Shown: one piece after another, positions 1-7,500 of the stretch | How the letters are laid out: every line of letters begins with the position of its first letter | Numbering within the stretch: position 1 is the stretch's first letter | Virus record (IMG/VR): IMGVR_UViG_3300037834_000023 | Coordinates: 1-40,964 of that record | Source: a virus | Taxonomy: Duplodnaviria; Caudoviricetes | Direction: 5' to 3' (one strand) | DNA: 40,964 bases | Position numbers and translations under genes: made by a program | Notes under the pieces: generated by a model | What the model was told of the DNA's origin: nothing | Seen by the model: only the letters and a program-made list of their open reading frames with translations | Databases searched by the model: none

Positions 1-489
1 ATGGCGTTTGATTTATCCTCGCAGAAACTTGCACGCAGTTGCGCCATTTTCGCAGCTGTCATCGTACAATTTACGTACAATCCGTCAGCTATTGCCTCGC
101 CCACCCCGCTTACCTTCGCCTGCAGCGCGGTCTCGGTCTGGGACGGCGACGGGCCTGTTACCTGCAGCGATGGCCGCAAGGTGCGTCTGGCGGGCGTCAA
201 TGCGCGCGAGATCGACGGAAGCTGCCGCAAGGGTCATCCCTGCCCGCTGGTGTCGGGCATTGCCTCACGCGATGCGCTGGTGGCCTTGCTGGGCGGGTCG
301 AGAGGCACGACCGCCGACGGGCATGTCCGCGTCGCGGCGCGGCTTCGGTGCGAGGTTACGGGTTTCAGCTATGGCCGCGTGACCGCCTTCTGCCGAACGG
401 CGCGCGGAACCGATCTAAGCTGCGCCCTTGTCGCCAGCGGCCATGCCGCAATCTGGCAACGGCACTGGGGCAATCATCGCTGCGACTAG
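1..489 (+). CDS. Thermonuclease (SNase-like) family protein, possibly exported
   Basis: VWDGDG, VRLAGVNARE, YGRVTAFC, LVASGHA motifs; hydrophobic N-terminus; start uncertain at the window edge. Confidence 0.8.
   Translation: MAFDLSSQKLARSCAIFAAVIVQFTYNPSAIASPTPLTFACSAVSVWDGDGPVTCSDGRKVRLAGVNAREIDGSCRKGHPCPLVSGIASRDALVALLGGSRGTTADGHVRVAARLRCEVTGFSYGRVTAFCRTARGTDLSCALVASGHAAIWQRHWGNHRCD
63..79. repeat. Putative integrase arm-type site, left end (CGTACA-attta-CGTACA)
   Basis: 11-bp-period direct repeat; the same motif recurs at 40905-40921. Confidence 0.55.
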
Positions 490-812
490 GCGCGCACCAT
501 CCCCGGCAGTTCTTCCAGTTCCAGCACATCGACAATCTCGTCATCACGCAGCAGGGTAAGGTACAGCGTCACGCGATCGCGATCGCCGGGGTCGGCCCCG
601 AACAGCAGGTAGACCAGCTCCGCAACGAATGGATCGCTGACCAGTCGGAATGTCTGGTCGATGCCGCACACATCCTCGCTGGCGTCCAGACACCGCATGC
701 CGTGGCGTTCGGTGATGGCCCGCAGCGCGGAGAAATCTTGAAACGCTGCGGCGCTATCGATGCGCAGCATTTCGGTTTTCAGGTCGGCAAAGGCAGTCGC
801 GGCGGCGTTCAT
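486..812 (-). CDS. Hypothetical protein (108 aa)
   Basis: ATG at 812 preceded by a GGAG RBS; the longer ORF to 962 would overlap the LexA box and divergent gene. Confidence 0.6.
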   Translation of the reverse strand: MNAAATAFADLKTEMLRIDSAAAFQDFSALRAITERHGMRCLDASEDVCGIDQTFRLVSDPFVAELVYLLFGADPGDRDRVTLYLTLLRDDEIVDVLELEELPGMVRA

Positions 813-857
813 GGCGGTCTCCGATTCGGGCCGTCCTGATATCACAGCTTGCGCTTT

Positions 858-872
858 GTTCCAAATTTGTTC
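858..872 (+). promoter_or_regulatory. Alphaproteobacterial LexA (SOS) box GTTC-caaattt-GTTC
   Basis: Exact GTTC-N7-GTTC between a TTGCGC -35-like hexamer (849-854) and ATG 886. Confidence 0.75.
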
Positions 873-885
873 CATTTCTGCGGCC

Positions 886-1209
886 ATGCCCGAATCACGC
901 CACAGATTTCCCATTACCGGTTCCGGATGTACGCCATTGTCGAGCTGCATCTCGCTCGACAAGATGATCGCGATCGGGCGGCAGGCAAAGGCGATGTGTG
1001 AAAAATGCAGCTTCGATGCCGAACTAGACCTTGACGCGTTGCGCTCACGCGTGGGCGGCGACTATTGCCTGATCGACCGTCGCAGCAAATGCCGGATATG
1101 CGGCGGGTGGGTGCGCTTTTTCTACCTGCAGGGCATCTGGCGCGGCATGTGGACCGACGAAGGCAGTTCCCGCTGGATCAGCGTTGATCGCAAAAGGAAT
1201 GATCGATGA
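886..1209 (+). CDS. Zinc-ribbon hypothetical protein, probably SOS-regulated
   Basis: CEKC...CRIC cysteine pairs; ATG 13 nt after the LexA box, possibly leaderless. Confidence 0.7.
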   Translation: MPESRHRFPITGSGCTPLSSCISLDKMIAIGRQAKAMCEKCSFDAELDLDALRSRVGGDYCLIDRRSKCRICGGWVRFFYLQGIWRGMWTDEGSSRWISVDRKRNDR

Positions 1210-1298
1210 AGTCCGCTGCGCGATATCTCGAATTTGCAATCCTGCTTGCCCTGTCCGTCGCAGGCATCGTCAGCGCCGTAGCTGCATTATTCGGGTAG
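1206..1298 (+). CDS. 30-aa single-transmembrane peptide (MKSAARYLEFAILLALSVAGIVSAVAALFG)
   Basis: ATGA overlap with the upstream stop, AGGA RBS, hydrophobic; below ORF-track cutoff. Confidence 0.5.
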   Translation: MKSAARYLEFAILLALSVAGIVSAVAALFG

Positions 1299-1598
1299 CG
1301 CGGCGTTGTAATCGCGGTGCCAGGCGACCGTCGACGAACAGCTAAACCAGCTACCGCGCAGCTGCACAATATATTCCGCTGTCTCGCCCTCGCGCGCGAA
1401 CACCAGCGCCTTGGCCTCTTCGACCGTCTGCACCTTGGCCCAGTCGAGCGGCGTCAGCTTTGGCGCGGCGGGCAAGGCTGCGCAGACAAGCTTGTCGGCG
1501 GGCGCCTTGGCGATGCGGACCGGGCCGGGACATGCGGTCAGCAGCAGCGCGCTAATCGAACAAAGCGTCGAGCGGGCTGCGATTTTCATTCTGCGCAT
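1287..1598 (-). CDS. o-spanin (Rz1-like lipoprotein)
   Basis: Lipobox LLLTAC, Pro-rich, overlaps the 3' end of the i-spanin in another frame; start 1598 or 1589. Confidence 0.75.
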   Translation of the reverse strand: MRRMKIAARSTLCSISALLLTACPGPVRIAKAPADKLVCAALPAAPKLTPLDWAKVQTVEEAKALVFAREGETAEYIVQLRGSWFSCSSTVAWHRDYNAALPE

Positions 1599-1854
1599 CC
1601 TGAATTTCCTTCCTGTTCTTTTCCATCTGTTTGCTGAAATCGGTAACGGCGCGGTCGAGCTCGGCATCGGCGGCGGTTTCGGCTTCGTCGGTCACGACCT
1701 CGACATTCGCCAGCACCTCGGCCTCATATTCGTCGATCACGCTGTCACGCCACGCGGAATAGGCCCAGATCGCCAGCAACGCCGTAATGACGACAATGCC
1801 AATCTTGACCGCCCAGGTCGGCACCCCGACCAATTGTGCAAGCTTTAGGATCAT
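1552..1854 (-). CDS. i-spanin (Rz-like)
   Basis: N-terminal TM helix then acidic coiled coil; downstream of holin and endolysin. Confidence 0.75.
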   Translation of the reverse strand: MILKLAQLVGVPTWAVKIGIVVITALLAIWAYSAWRDSVIDEYEAEVLANVEVVTDEAETAADAELDRAVTDFSKQMEKNRKEIQDAQNENRSPLDALFD

Positions 1855-2153
1855 CGTTCGATCTCCGCATCTGTAAGGTTTAAGGGCACTATCGGCGGCG
1901 GCGCAGGCGGCGGTGTCGACGACGCCGCAATGGCGTCGAACGCCTTCCCGGTGTTTTCCCGCGCGATGTCGTCGCTCTTCGTGTTCCGCAAAAGCGCCAT
2001 CACCGCCGCGCCCAGGGCCGTGCCGAGCGCGACCATCGCGCCATCCAGCGTCTTCACATTGTCCGGCGGTATCGGGATGAAATAGCCCAGCCCGGTCAGG
2101 ATCAGAAACCCGATAACCAGCACAGTCGCAAATGCCGTTTTTCCGTCGCTCAT
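1851..2153 (-). CDS. Putative holin
   Basis: 100 aa, two TM helices, charged C-terminus, adjacent to endolysin. Confidence 0.7.
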   Translation of the reverse strand: MSDGKTAFATVLVIGFLILTGLGYFIPIPPDNVKTLDGAMVALGTALGAAVMALLRNTKSDDIARENTGKAFDAIAASSTPPPAPPPIVPLNLTDAEIER

Positions 2154-2154
2154 A

Positions 2155-2859
2155 TCAATTCCCCCGATACATTGCCGCCTCTTGTCCGCGGCGCTTGGTC
2201 AGGCCGGGCATCACCCGACCGTCATTCTTGTTCCAGCGCCCAAATTCGCGCGCGGCGGCGTCGAAATGCCCCGCCTTGTGCAGCCGCAGCAGCGTCGATT
2301 TCGACAGCGCGTGCACCCCGACATTGTACGCAAAATGCACCAGAGCATCGAACTGCGCCTGTGTGGTGGGCGCGCCCTGCAGGGCCTTCTCGACCTGATC
2401 CTCGAACCGGCGGATATCGGCGACAAAGCGCGCATGCGCCTGCGACGCCGACCACACCAACCCCTTGCGGATGTCCGGTCCCGTGCTACCATAACCGATA
2501 GTCCACGGGTTGCCGTCACTGCTGCCCGGGTCCGGATAGGCGGTCAGGCGCAGGCCTTCGCTGTCTTTCAGGCTTTCGATGCACGCGTCGGACACATCGC
2601 GGCTGTCGCTGCGCACCACCCCAAGTTCGGCATCGTTCGCGGCGGCCGCCGCCAGCGCCTGTTTCAGGAAAGCGAATTCGCGTGGGCTGATGCTGCCGTC
2701 GCTGTCGATCGTGCGATAATGCGCAAAGATCGGGCCGTCATTGCCCGCCGCCAGCGCATCGGCGATCGCGCGCTTGATCTCACCAAAGCGCTGCGGCGTT
2801 ATCGGCCCGGCCAGCGTGCGATAGGAGTCGAAAATCGGCTTGTCGTTGGCGACAATCAT
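2155..2859 (-). CDS. Endolysin, GH24 phage lysozyme with N-terminal repeat extension
   Basis: SEGLRLTAYPD...WTIGYG, QFDALVHFAYNVG, GLTKRR motifs. Confidence 0.92.
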   Translation of the reverse strand: MIVANDKPIFDSYRTLAGPITPQRFGEIKRAIADALAAGNDGPIFAHYRTIDSDGSISPREFAFLKQALAAAAANDAELGVVRSDSRDVSDACIESLKDSEGLRLTAYPDPGSSDGNPWTIGYGSTGPDIRKGLVWSASQAHARFVADIRRFEDQVEKALQGAPTTQAQFDALVHFAYNVGVHALSKSTLLRLHKAGHFDAAAREFGRWNKNDGRVMPGLTKRRGQEAAMYRGN

Positions 2860-2883
2860 TGGCTTTTCCTTTTTCAGATATGG

Positions 2884-5247
2884 CTAGAAGTCGGTCTCGA
2901 CATAGGCGCTCATAACGTCGAGCCCGACAGCCAGCGCAGTTGCGTTGTTGGTACGATATCCCCACACCGCCATGAGCGTCGAATTCTGGGGTAGAACGGT
3001 CGCGCCGCTGTTCGTAATTGTCCCAGTCGAGACGTCGCCGGTGTTGAGGCGGGTTACCTCATAATGGACATTGCTGCTGTTTGGCGGTGAGAAGAGCGCA
3101 AGCTCATACGCATCGACATTACGCGTGTTGGATGGAAAGTTCGCGCCAAGGTCGATCGGCACCTGAGCCGAAGAGCCGCCGTAAAACAGCTTGAAATTGG
3201 TGTCGGCCGCGCCGTGGCCCATGCAGATCGTGTTCGTAAGCGTCGACGGCTCGACATTCGTCGGTGTCGCGTTGACTCGAAGGCCCATGCACATCCTGGC
3301 ACCAGACACCGCCGCTGCGTCAGATATCCCGAAACGCAAGATATAGCTGAAGCCGCCCAGATTGGTTGACGAGCTGCCAACTGAGAATTGGTCAGCGTTT
3401 ATGCGCCACTGCCCGACCGATCCGGCTGTCGCGGCCGTCACATAGCCAAGACGGCGCAATCGCGTGAAAAGGTTGGTAGCCGCCACGTTGCGCGCGGTCG
3501 CAGTGAAACCGGTAACCGTCGGTGCGGTAAAGCCGAACACACCGGGAGCCGTCGTCGCGTTGCCCGGCGGGTTCCAATAGCCGACCTTGTTACGCGCCAG
3601 AAGCGGCTGCAAAGTGCTGTCCAGCCCGCTCGGTCCGACAAAGGCAGGCATAAGGCGATTGGCGATCTGCCGTGAAAACAGCTTCATAGAGCCCGCATCG
3701 GACGGCGTCGGCGTGCTGTTCTCGGGCAGCACCAGCGATCCATTGTCGGTTACCGACACCGCGCTGGCCTGCAGAAGCTTGCCTGTGGTGCCGTCAAAGC
3801 GCGCAAGAGCGGTATCGGTCGATGAAGCCGGACCCACAACATCGCCCGACCCGCCACCGCCGCTCGCTGGCGTCGCCCAGGTGCCGTCGCCGCGCCAGAA
3901 TGTCGATGCACTTGCGCCGTTACCGGAGTTCAGCCGCGCAACCGCCAGATTGCCCGAAAGGTCCGCCGCGCTGCCCGACGTAGCCACGCTCGCAAGCCCG
4001 GTGATCGTCGCCGCCGCCTGCGTGCCGGTATGCGTCGCGCGATCGCGCAAAGCCGCATCGGTGGCGTTCGCGGTCGCACCGGTGGCAATGCCGTCGAGCT
4101 TCGTCTTGTCGGCGGCCGACATAACGCCTTTGACCGATGTCGTTGCAACATCCAGCAGGCTGGTTGCCTGCGTCGCCGTCATATCCTCGGGGGCACCCGT
4201 TGCGGCCGTGATCCGGCCCTTGAACGTCGCGGTCGGGACGGTGCCGAGCTTTGCATTGCTGACCACGCCTGCATCGATCGTCCAGATCGCGCCGCTGGCC
4301 GTGACGCTGATATCGCCCTTGTCGCCATCGGACACCCCGCCGCCACCGCTGACGGCTGTCGTCGACACGGCCGTCACCAGCCCCTTGGCGTTGACCGTGA
4401 TGACGGGGACAAGCGTCGCCGAACCGAAGCTACCGACATTGGAGTTCACCGTCGCCAGCGTCAGCGGGATCGACGCGTTGGCGCTGCCGTTGAACGCGGC
4501 GCTGGCGCCGGTGCCGTCGCCTGTCAGGCTGAATGTCCGCCCGGTGGTCAGCGTCGCTGCGCTGCCCGTCGTGTTCTGGTTAAGCGTCGGAATATCGCCC
4601 GCCACGACCGCGCTCGACGCGGTGACCAGCCCTTTGCTGTTGACCGTGATCTTGCGCAGCACGTCGGTTTGCGGCGCGGCGTTGACCGTCGCCAGCGTCG
4701 CAGTGATCGGACCGGTGCCGGTTCCCGACACATCGCCGGAAAGCGTGATCGTCTGGTCGCCGCTATTGCTGCCGGTGATGGCGTCGAGCTTCGTCTTGTC
4801 GGCACCCGACATGAAACCCGCACTTCCACCCGCGACGACATTGGCATGCGCCGTCCCGCCGCTGCCGACATGCCCGATCGCCGCATAGGCGACATTACCC
4901 TCGGTTGGCGTCAAATAGCCCGGATGCGGGTCTGCGGCGGCGCTGTGTGTCGTCAATTCGGCATCGTCTGCCTTGCCGTCCAGCGCCGCCTGCAGGCCGC
5001 TGGTCGCGGCAATCGGCTGCGTTCCGGTATGCGTGCTGCGATCGCGCAGCTGCGCGTCGGTCGAGTTCGCGGTCGCGCCGGTAGCGATGCCATCGAGCTT
5101 TGCTTTGTCAGCCGGCGAAATGCCACCATTCGCGGGTGGCAGCGCGCCCTTGACCTGCGTCGTCAGGTCGATTTTGGTTTGCGCAAGCGCCACCGATGAC
5201 GCCAGCAACGCTGCCGCCAGGATAATCCCCGATTTTCTCATTTTCAT
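2884..5247 (-). CDS. Fibre-like repeat protein with N-terminal signal peptide
   Basis: DKxKLDGIATGATAN-x-LRDRxTHTGTQ and ITVNxKGLVTA repeats, STFWRGDGTWATP, beta-rich C-terminus; N-terminus MRKSGIILAAALLASSVALA. Confidence 0.75.
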   Translation of the reverse strand: MKMRKSGIILAAALLASSVALAQTKIDLTTQVKGALPPANGGISPADKAKLDGIATGATANSTDAQLRDRSTHTGTQPIAATSGLQAALDGKADDAELTTHSAAADPHPGYLTPTEGNVAYAAIGHVGSGGTAHANVVAGGSAGFMSGADKTKLDAITGSNSGDQTITLSGDVSGTGTGPITATLATVNAAPQTDVLRKITVNSKGLVTASSAVVAGDIPTLNQNTTGSAATLTTGRTFSLTGDGTGASAAFNGSANASIPLTLATVNSNVGSFGSATLVPVITVNAKGLVTAVSTTAVSGGGGVSDGDKGDISVTASGAIWTIDAGVVSNAKLGTVPTATFKGRITAATGAPEDMTATQATSLLDVATTSVKGVMSAADKTKLDGIATGATANATDAALRDRATHTGTQAAATITGLASVATSGSAADLSGNLAVARLNSGNGASASTFWRGDGTWATPASGGGGSGDVVGPASSTDTALARFDGTTGKLLQASAVSVTDNGSLVLPENSTPTPSDAGSMKLFSRQIANRLMPAFVGPSGLDSTLQPLLARNKVGYWNPPGNATTAPGVFGFTAPTVTGFTATARNVAATNLFTRLRRLGYVTAATAGSVGQWRINADQFSVGSSSTNLGGFSYILRFGISDAAAVSGARMCMGLRVNATPTNVEPSTLTNTICMGHGAADTNFKLFYGGSSAQVPIDLGANFPSNTRNVDAYELALFSPPNSSNVHYEVTRLNTGDVSTGTITNSGATVLPQNSTLMAVWGYRTNNATALAVGLDVMSAYVETDF

Positions 5248-5609
5248 TCCCGACTATAGGATGCCGAAAGCACGTCGTCCGCCGCTGGCCCGTCGCGCAA
5301 AAAGGTGATGGTCGCACCCGACAGTGTGAAGTCGATGTCGACGGTTTGCACCATCCCGTTCCACGCCAGCACCAGCCATGTCGGCGCATGCGCCAGCGTG
5401 AACACCCGGTTGACGCCGTTTTTCGTGCCCGTGGGTATTTCGCCATCGATCCACTCGACGCCGCCACCCGCTGCGCCCGGCGGCCCCACCACTGCCGCCA
5501 GCACGGTTTCCGGACTGGCGGCCACCGCTGCGATCATTTCATCGGTCGGCCCGCGCCAGCGCAGGATGATCGGCGGGTCCGGTTGACGCCATTGCAAAAC
5601 CAGCGTCAT
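5244..5609 (-). CDS. Fibre-module accessory protein
   Basis: Coupled to both neighbours; GPPG linker then beta-rich GTKNGVNRVFTL...DFTLSGATITF segment. Confidence 0.65.
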   Translation of the reverse strand: MTLVLQWRQPDPPIILRWRGPTDEMIAAVAASPETVLAAVVGPPGAAGGGVEWIDGEIPTGTKNGVNRVFTLAHAPTWLVLAWNGMVQTVDIDFTLSGATITFLRDGPAADDVLSASYSRE

Positions 5610-5941
5610 CAGGCGGGCTCCAAAATCTTGATTGTCACAAAGTCGGTGACGATGACCCCGCCGCCAACGGTCAATTGCGCCTCCGCCCCATGATATCCGA
5701 GCTCGAGATCGGCGGAGGCGGCGGCCGCCAGCGTCATGTTCCAGCCCGCCGGAATATCACCTGCCGCCGCTCGGGCTGCGACCGTCATAGCAACCGCCAC
5801 AGATCCTGCACGAAACCCGGTCCGGTTCATATCGAGACGACGGATTCGCGCGGTGATGGCGCTGACCGTGGCAACGTCGCCTTGCACAGCATCAAGCGCG
5901 AGCGAAAACGTCTCGCCACGCTGGAAATTGAAAATTGTCAT
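5609..5941 (-). CDS. Small beta-sandwich virion adaptor-like protein
   Basis: Start MTIFNFQRGETFSL at 5941; TGATG coupling to the next gene; resembles fibre adaptor domains. Confidence 0.6.
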   Translation of the reverse strand: MTIFNFQRGETFSLALDAVQGDVATVSAITARIRRLDMNRTGFRAGSVAVAMTVAARAAAGDIPAGWNMTLAAAASADLELGYHGAEAQLTVGGGVIVTDFVTIKILEPA

Positions 5942-5952
5942 ATTGTTCCCCG

Positions 5953-6246
5953 TTATCTTCCTGCGAAGAAATGCCAGATGCCATAGGCGGCGCTGCCGAT
6001 AACTCCGAAGAACCCGGTGCCCGCGATCCATTTGCCAAGCTTGAAGGCTCCTGCCCTCTCGTCATGGTCTGTCGTCAGGTCGGCGACGCGCTCGGGCAGG
6101 TCTTCCAGCTTCGCGATCGCCAGCGTCAGCCGGTCGAGCTTTTCGTTTGCTGCCTTCATCCCGATTTTGAGGTCGCGTATCTCCCGATCACGATGCTTGC
6201 TGGCTTCCTTGATCGCGGCGACGTCGGCCTGCAGATTGTCGCTCAC
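5953..6246 (-). CDS. Coiled-coil protein with C-terminal TM helix (XhlA-like or holin-associated)
   Basis: Heptad pattern then WIAGTGFFGVIGSAAYGIW; GTGA overlap with the upstream gene. Confidence 0.7.
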   Translation of the reverse strand: MSDNLQADVAAIKEASKHRDREIRDLKIGMKAANEKLDRLTLAIAKLEDLPERVADLTTDHDERAGAFKLGKWIAGTGFFGVIGSAAYGIWHFFAGR

Positions 6247-7100
6247 CGTGGCGCTCCTTCCAGGGCCGCCAATCGCTCGGCCAAGCGCGCCAGTTCACGC
6301 CGCTGCCACGCGGCCTCAACTGCTTGGCATTCTTCATATCGAAGCCCCCATCGGTCCCCGGCTTTCAACGTCACCCGCGTTTCGCCAGTGTCGATTATTT
6401 CCCCATCGACTTCCTCAGAAATAGATGCACGCTGCTCTTCCCATGCATCGTAGCAGCAAAGGCCGATTTCAAACGCGTCCAGATCGCGCGCGGCAAAAGC
6501 GGCATGAACCTGCTGCGCGACAAGGCCAACATGCCATCGCTTGCCGTCGACCATCTTGAAGCGCGACCATTGCACGCCTGCCCAGGCATCGAGCCATGCG
6601 TCGGGAATTTCGCCAATGTCGGTTTTTTCCCGCTCATCGGACGTGTTGATGGCACCAGTTCCAGCGTACAATGTACGCGCACGCTTCGATGCGCTACCGA
6701 TATCCTGAACATTATCCTGCCCAGGCAAAAAATGCCCCGTGAAGCCAATCGACCATAGCGTGCCGAACGCGAGCGACGTGAAGCGGTAGCCGACATTTGA
6801 CGCCTGGCTTCCGTAGAAATCCAAGAAGCCGTCTGCGGTATTTCGTCCGAATTGATAATATTCTGCGCCTGACGTGCGCACCTTGATCTGCCCGCCCGAT
6901 GGGCCCTGCACATCGAGCGGGGCTTCAGGCGCATTATGCCCTATTGCAACTTGTCCGCTTACATCCTTCGTCACTATGTCGCTTGCCCGGACGCGAACAT
7001 CGTCCTCCGACCCGGCTGCGCCCGTATGGCCGATGAGAAAAGTGTCTGCCGATAACCTCTCGGCTACCGTCGCAATATTATAGGCCGTGCTTTCACTCAT
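6243..7100 (-). CDS. Tail fibre protein with intramolecular chaperone (peptidase S74-like) domain
   Basis: TSDEREKTDI cleavage motif, WHVGLVAQQV, GLRYEE and terminal coiled coil. Confidence 0.85.
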   Translation of the reverse strand: MSESTAYNIATVAERLSADTFLIGHTGAAGSEDDVRVRASDIVTKDVSGQVAIGHNAPEAPLDVQGPSGGQIKVRTSGAEYYQFGRNTADGFLDFYGSQASNVGYRFTSLAFGTLWSIGFTGHFLPGQDNVQDIGSASKRARTLYAGTGAINTSDEREKTDIGEIPDAWLDAWAGVQWSRFKMVDGKRWHVGLVAQQVHAAFAARDLDAFEIGLCCYDAWEEQRASISEEVDGEIIDTGETRVTLKAGDRWGLRYEECQAVEAAWQRRELARLAERLAALEGAPR

Positions 7101-7500
7101 TGTTCAATCGCCTTTCCAGTTCCTCGATTTTCGCCGCCAGCGGTTCGATCATCGCGCGCATGGCGGGCAGTATCTCGCTGTCGAGCATCTCGGCGCGCGA
7201 CATCGCGGCCAGATCGGCCTCGCGCGCCTGCACCGCCCGTGCTTCGACCTTGGCCGGATCATCGACCATCCGCCGCGCGCCCTTGTCGAAGATCTGCGTG
7301 GCCAGATCGGGCCGTCCCGGAACCGCAAAGGTGCGCATGACATTGCTCGCCCCGCCGCGCGTCAGGCCGGGGTGGCAGCCATTGGTGCGCACCGCCTGGA
7401 TGACCTTGCCGCGCGCATCGAGGACGATCCACCAGCCATCGCTTTCGCGCTGTTCCCGTTTGGCCACCGCCTCGGGCGTGTGGGCATAGCGGCGCGTCAT
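7093..7500 (-). CDS. Hypothetical tail-region protein
   Basis: Overlaps both neighbours; C-terminal coiled coil. Confidence 0.6.
   Translation of the reverse strand: MTRRYAHTPEAVAKREQRESDGWWIVLDARGKVIQAVRTNGCHPGLTRGGASNVMRTFAVPGRPDLATQIFDKGARRMVDDPAKVEARAVQAREADLAAMSRAEMLDSEILPAMRAMIEPLAAKIEELERRLNNE

Noticed and set aside
885-888. Divergent genes apparently sharing one CATG start
   Set aside because: The minus gene has a better RBS at ATG 812, and the intervening DNA holds the LexA box and promoter
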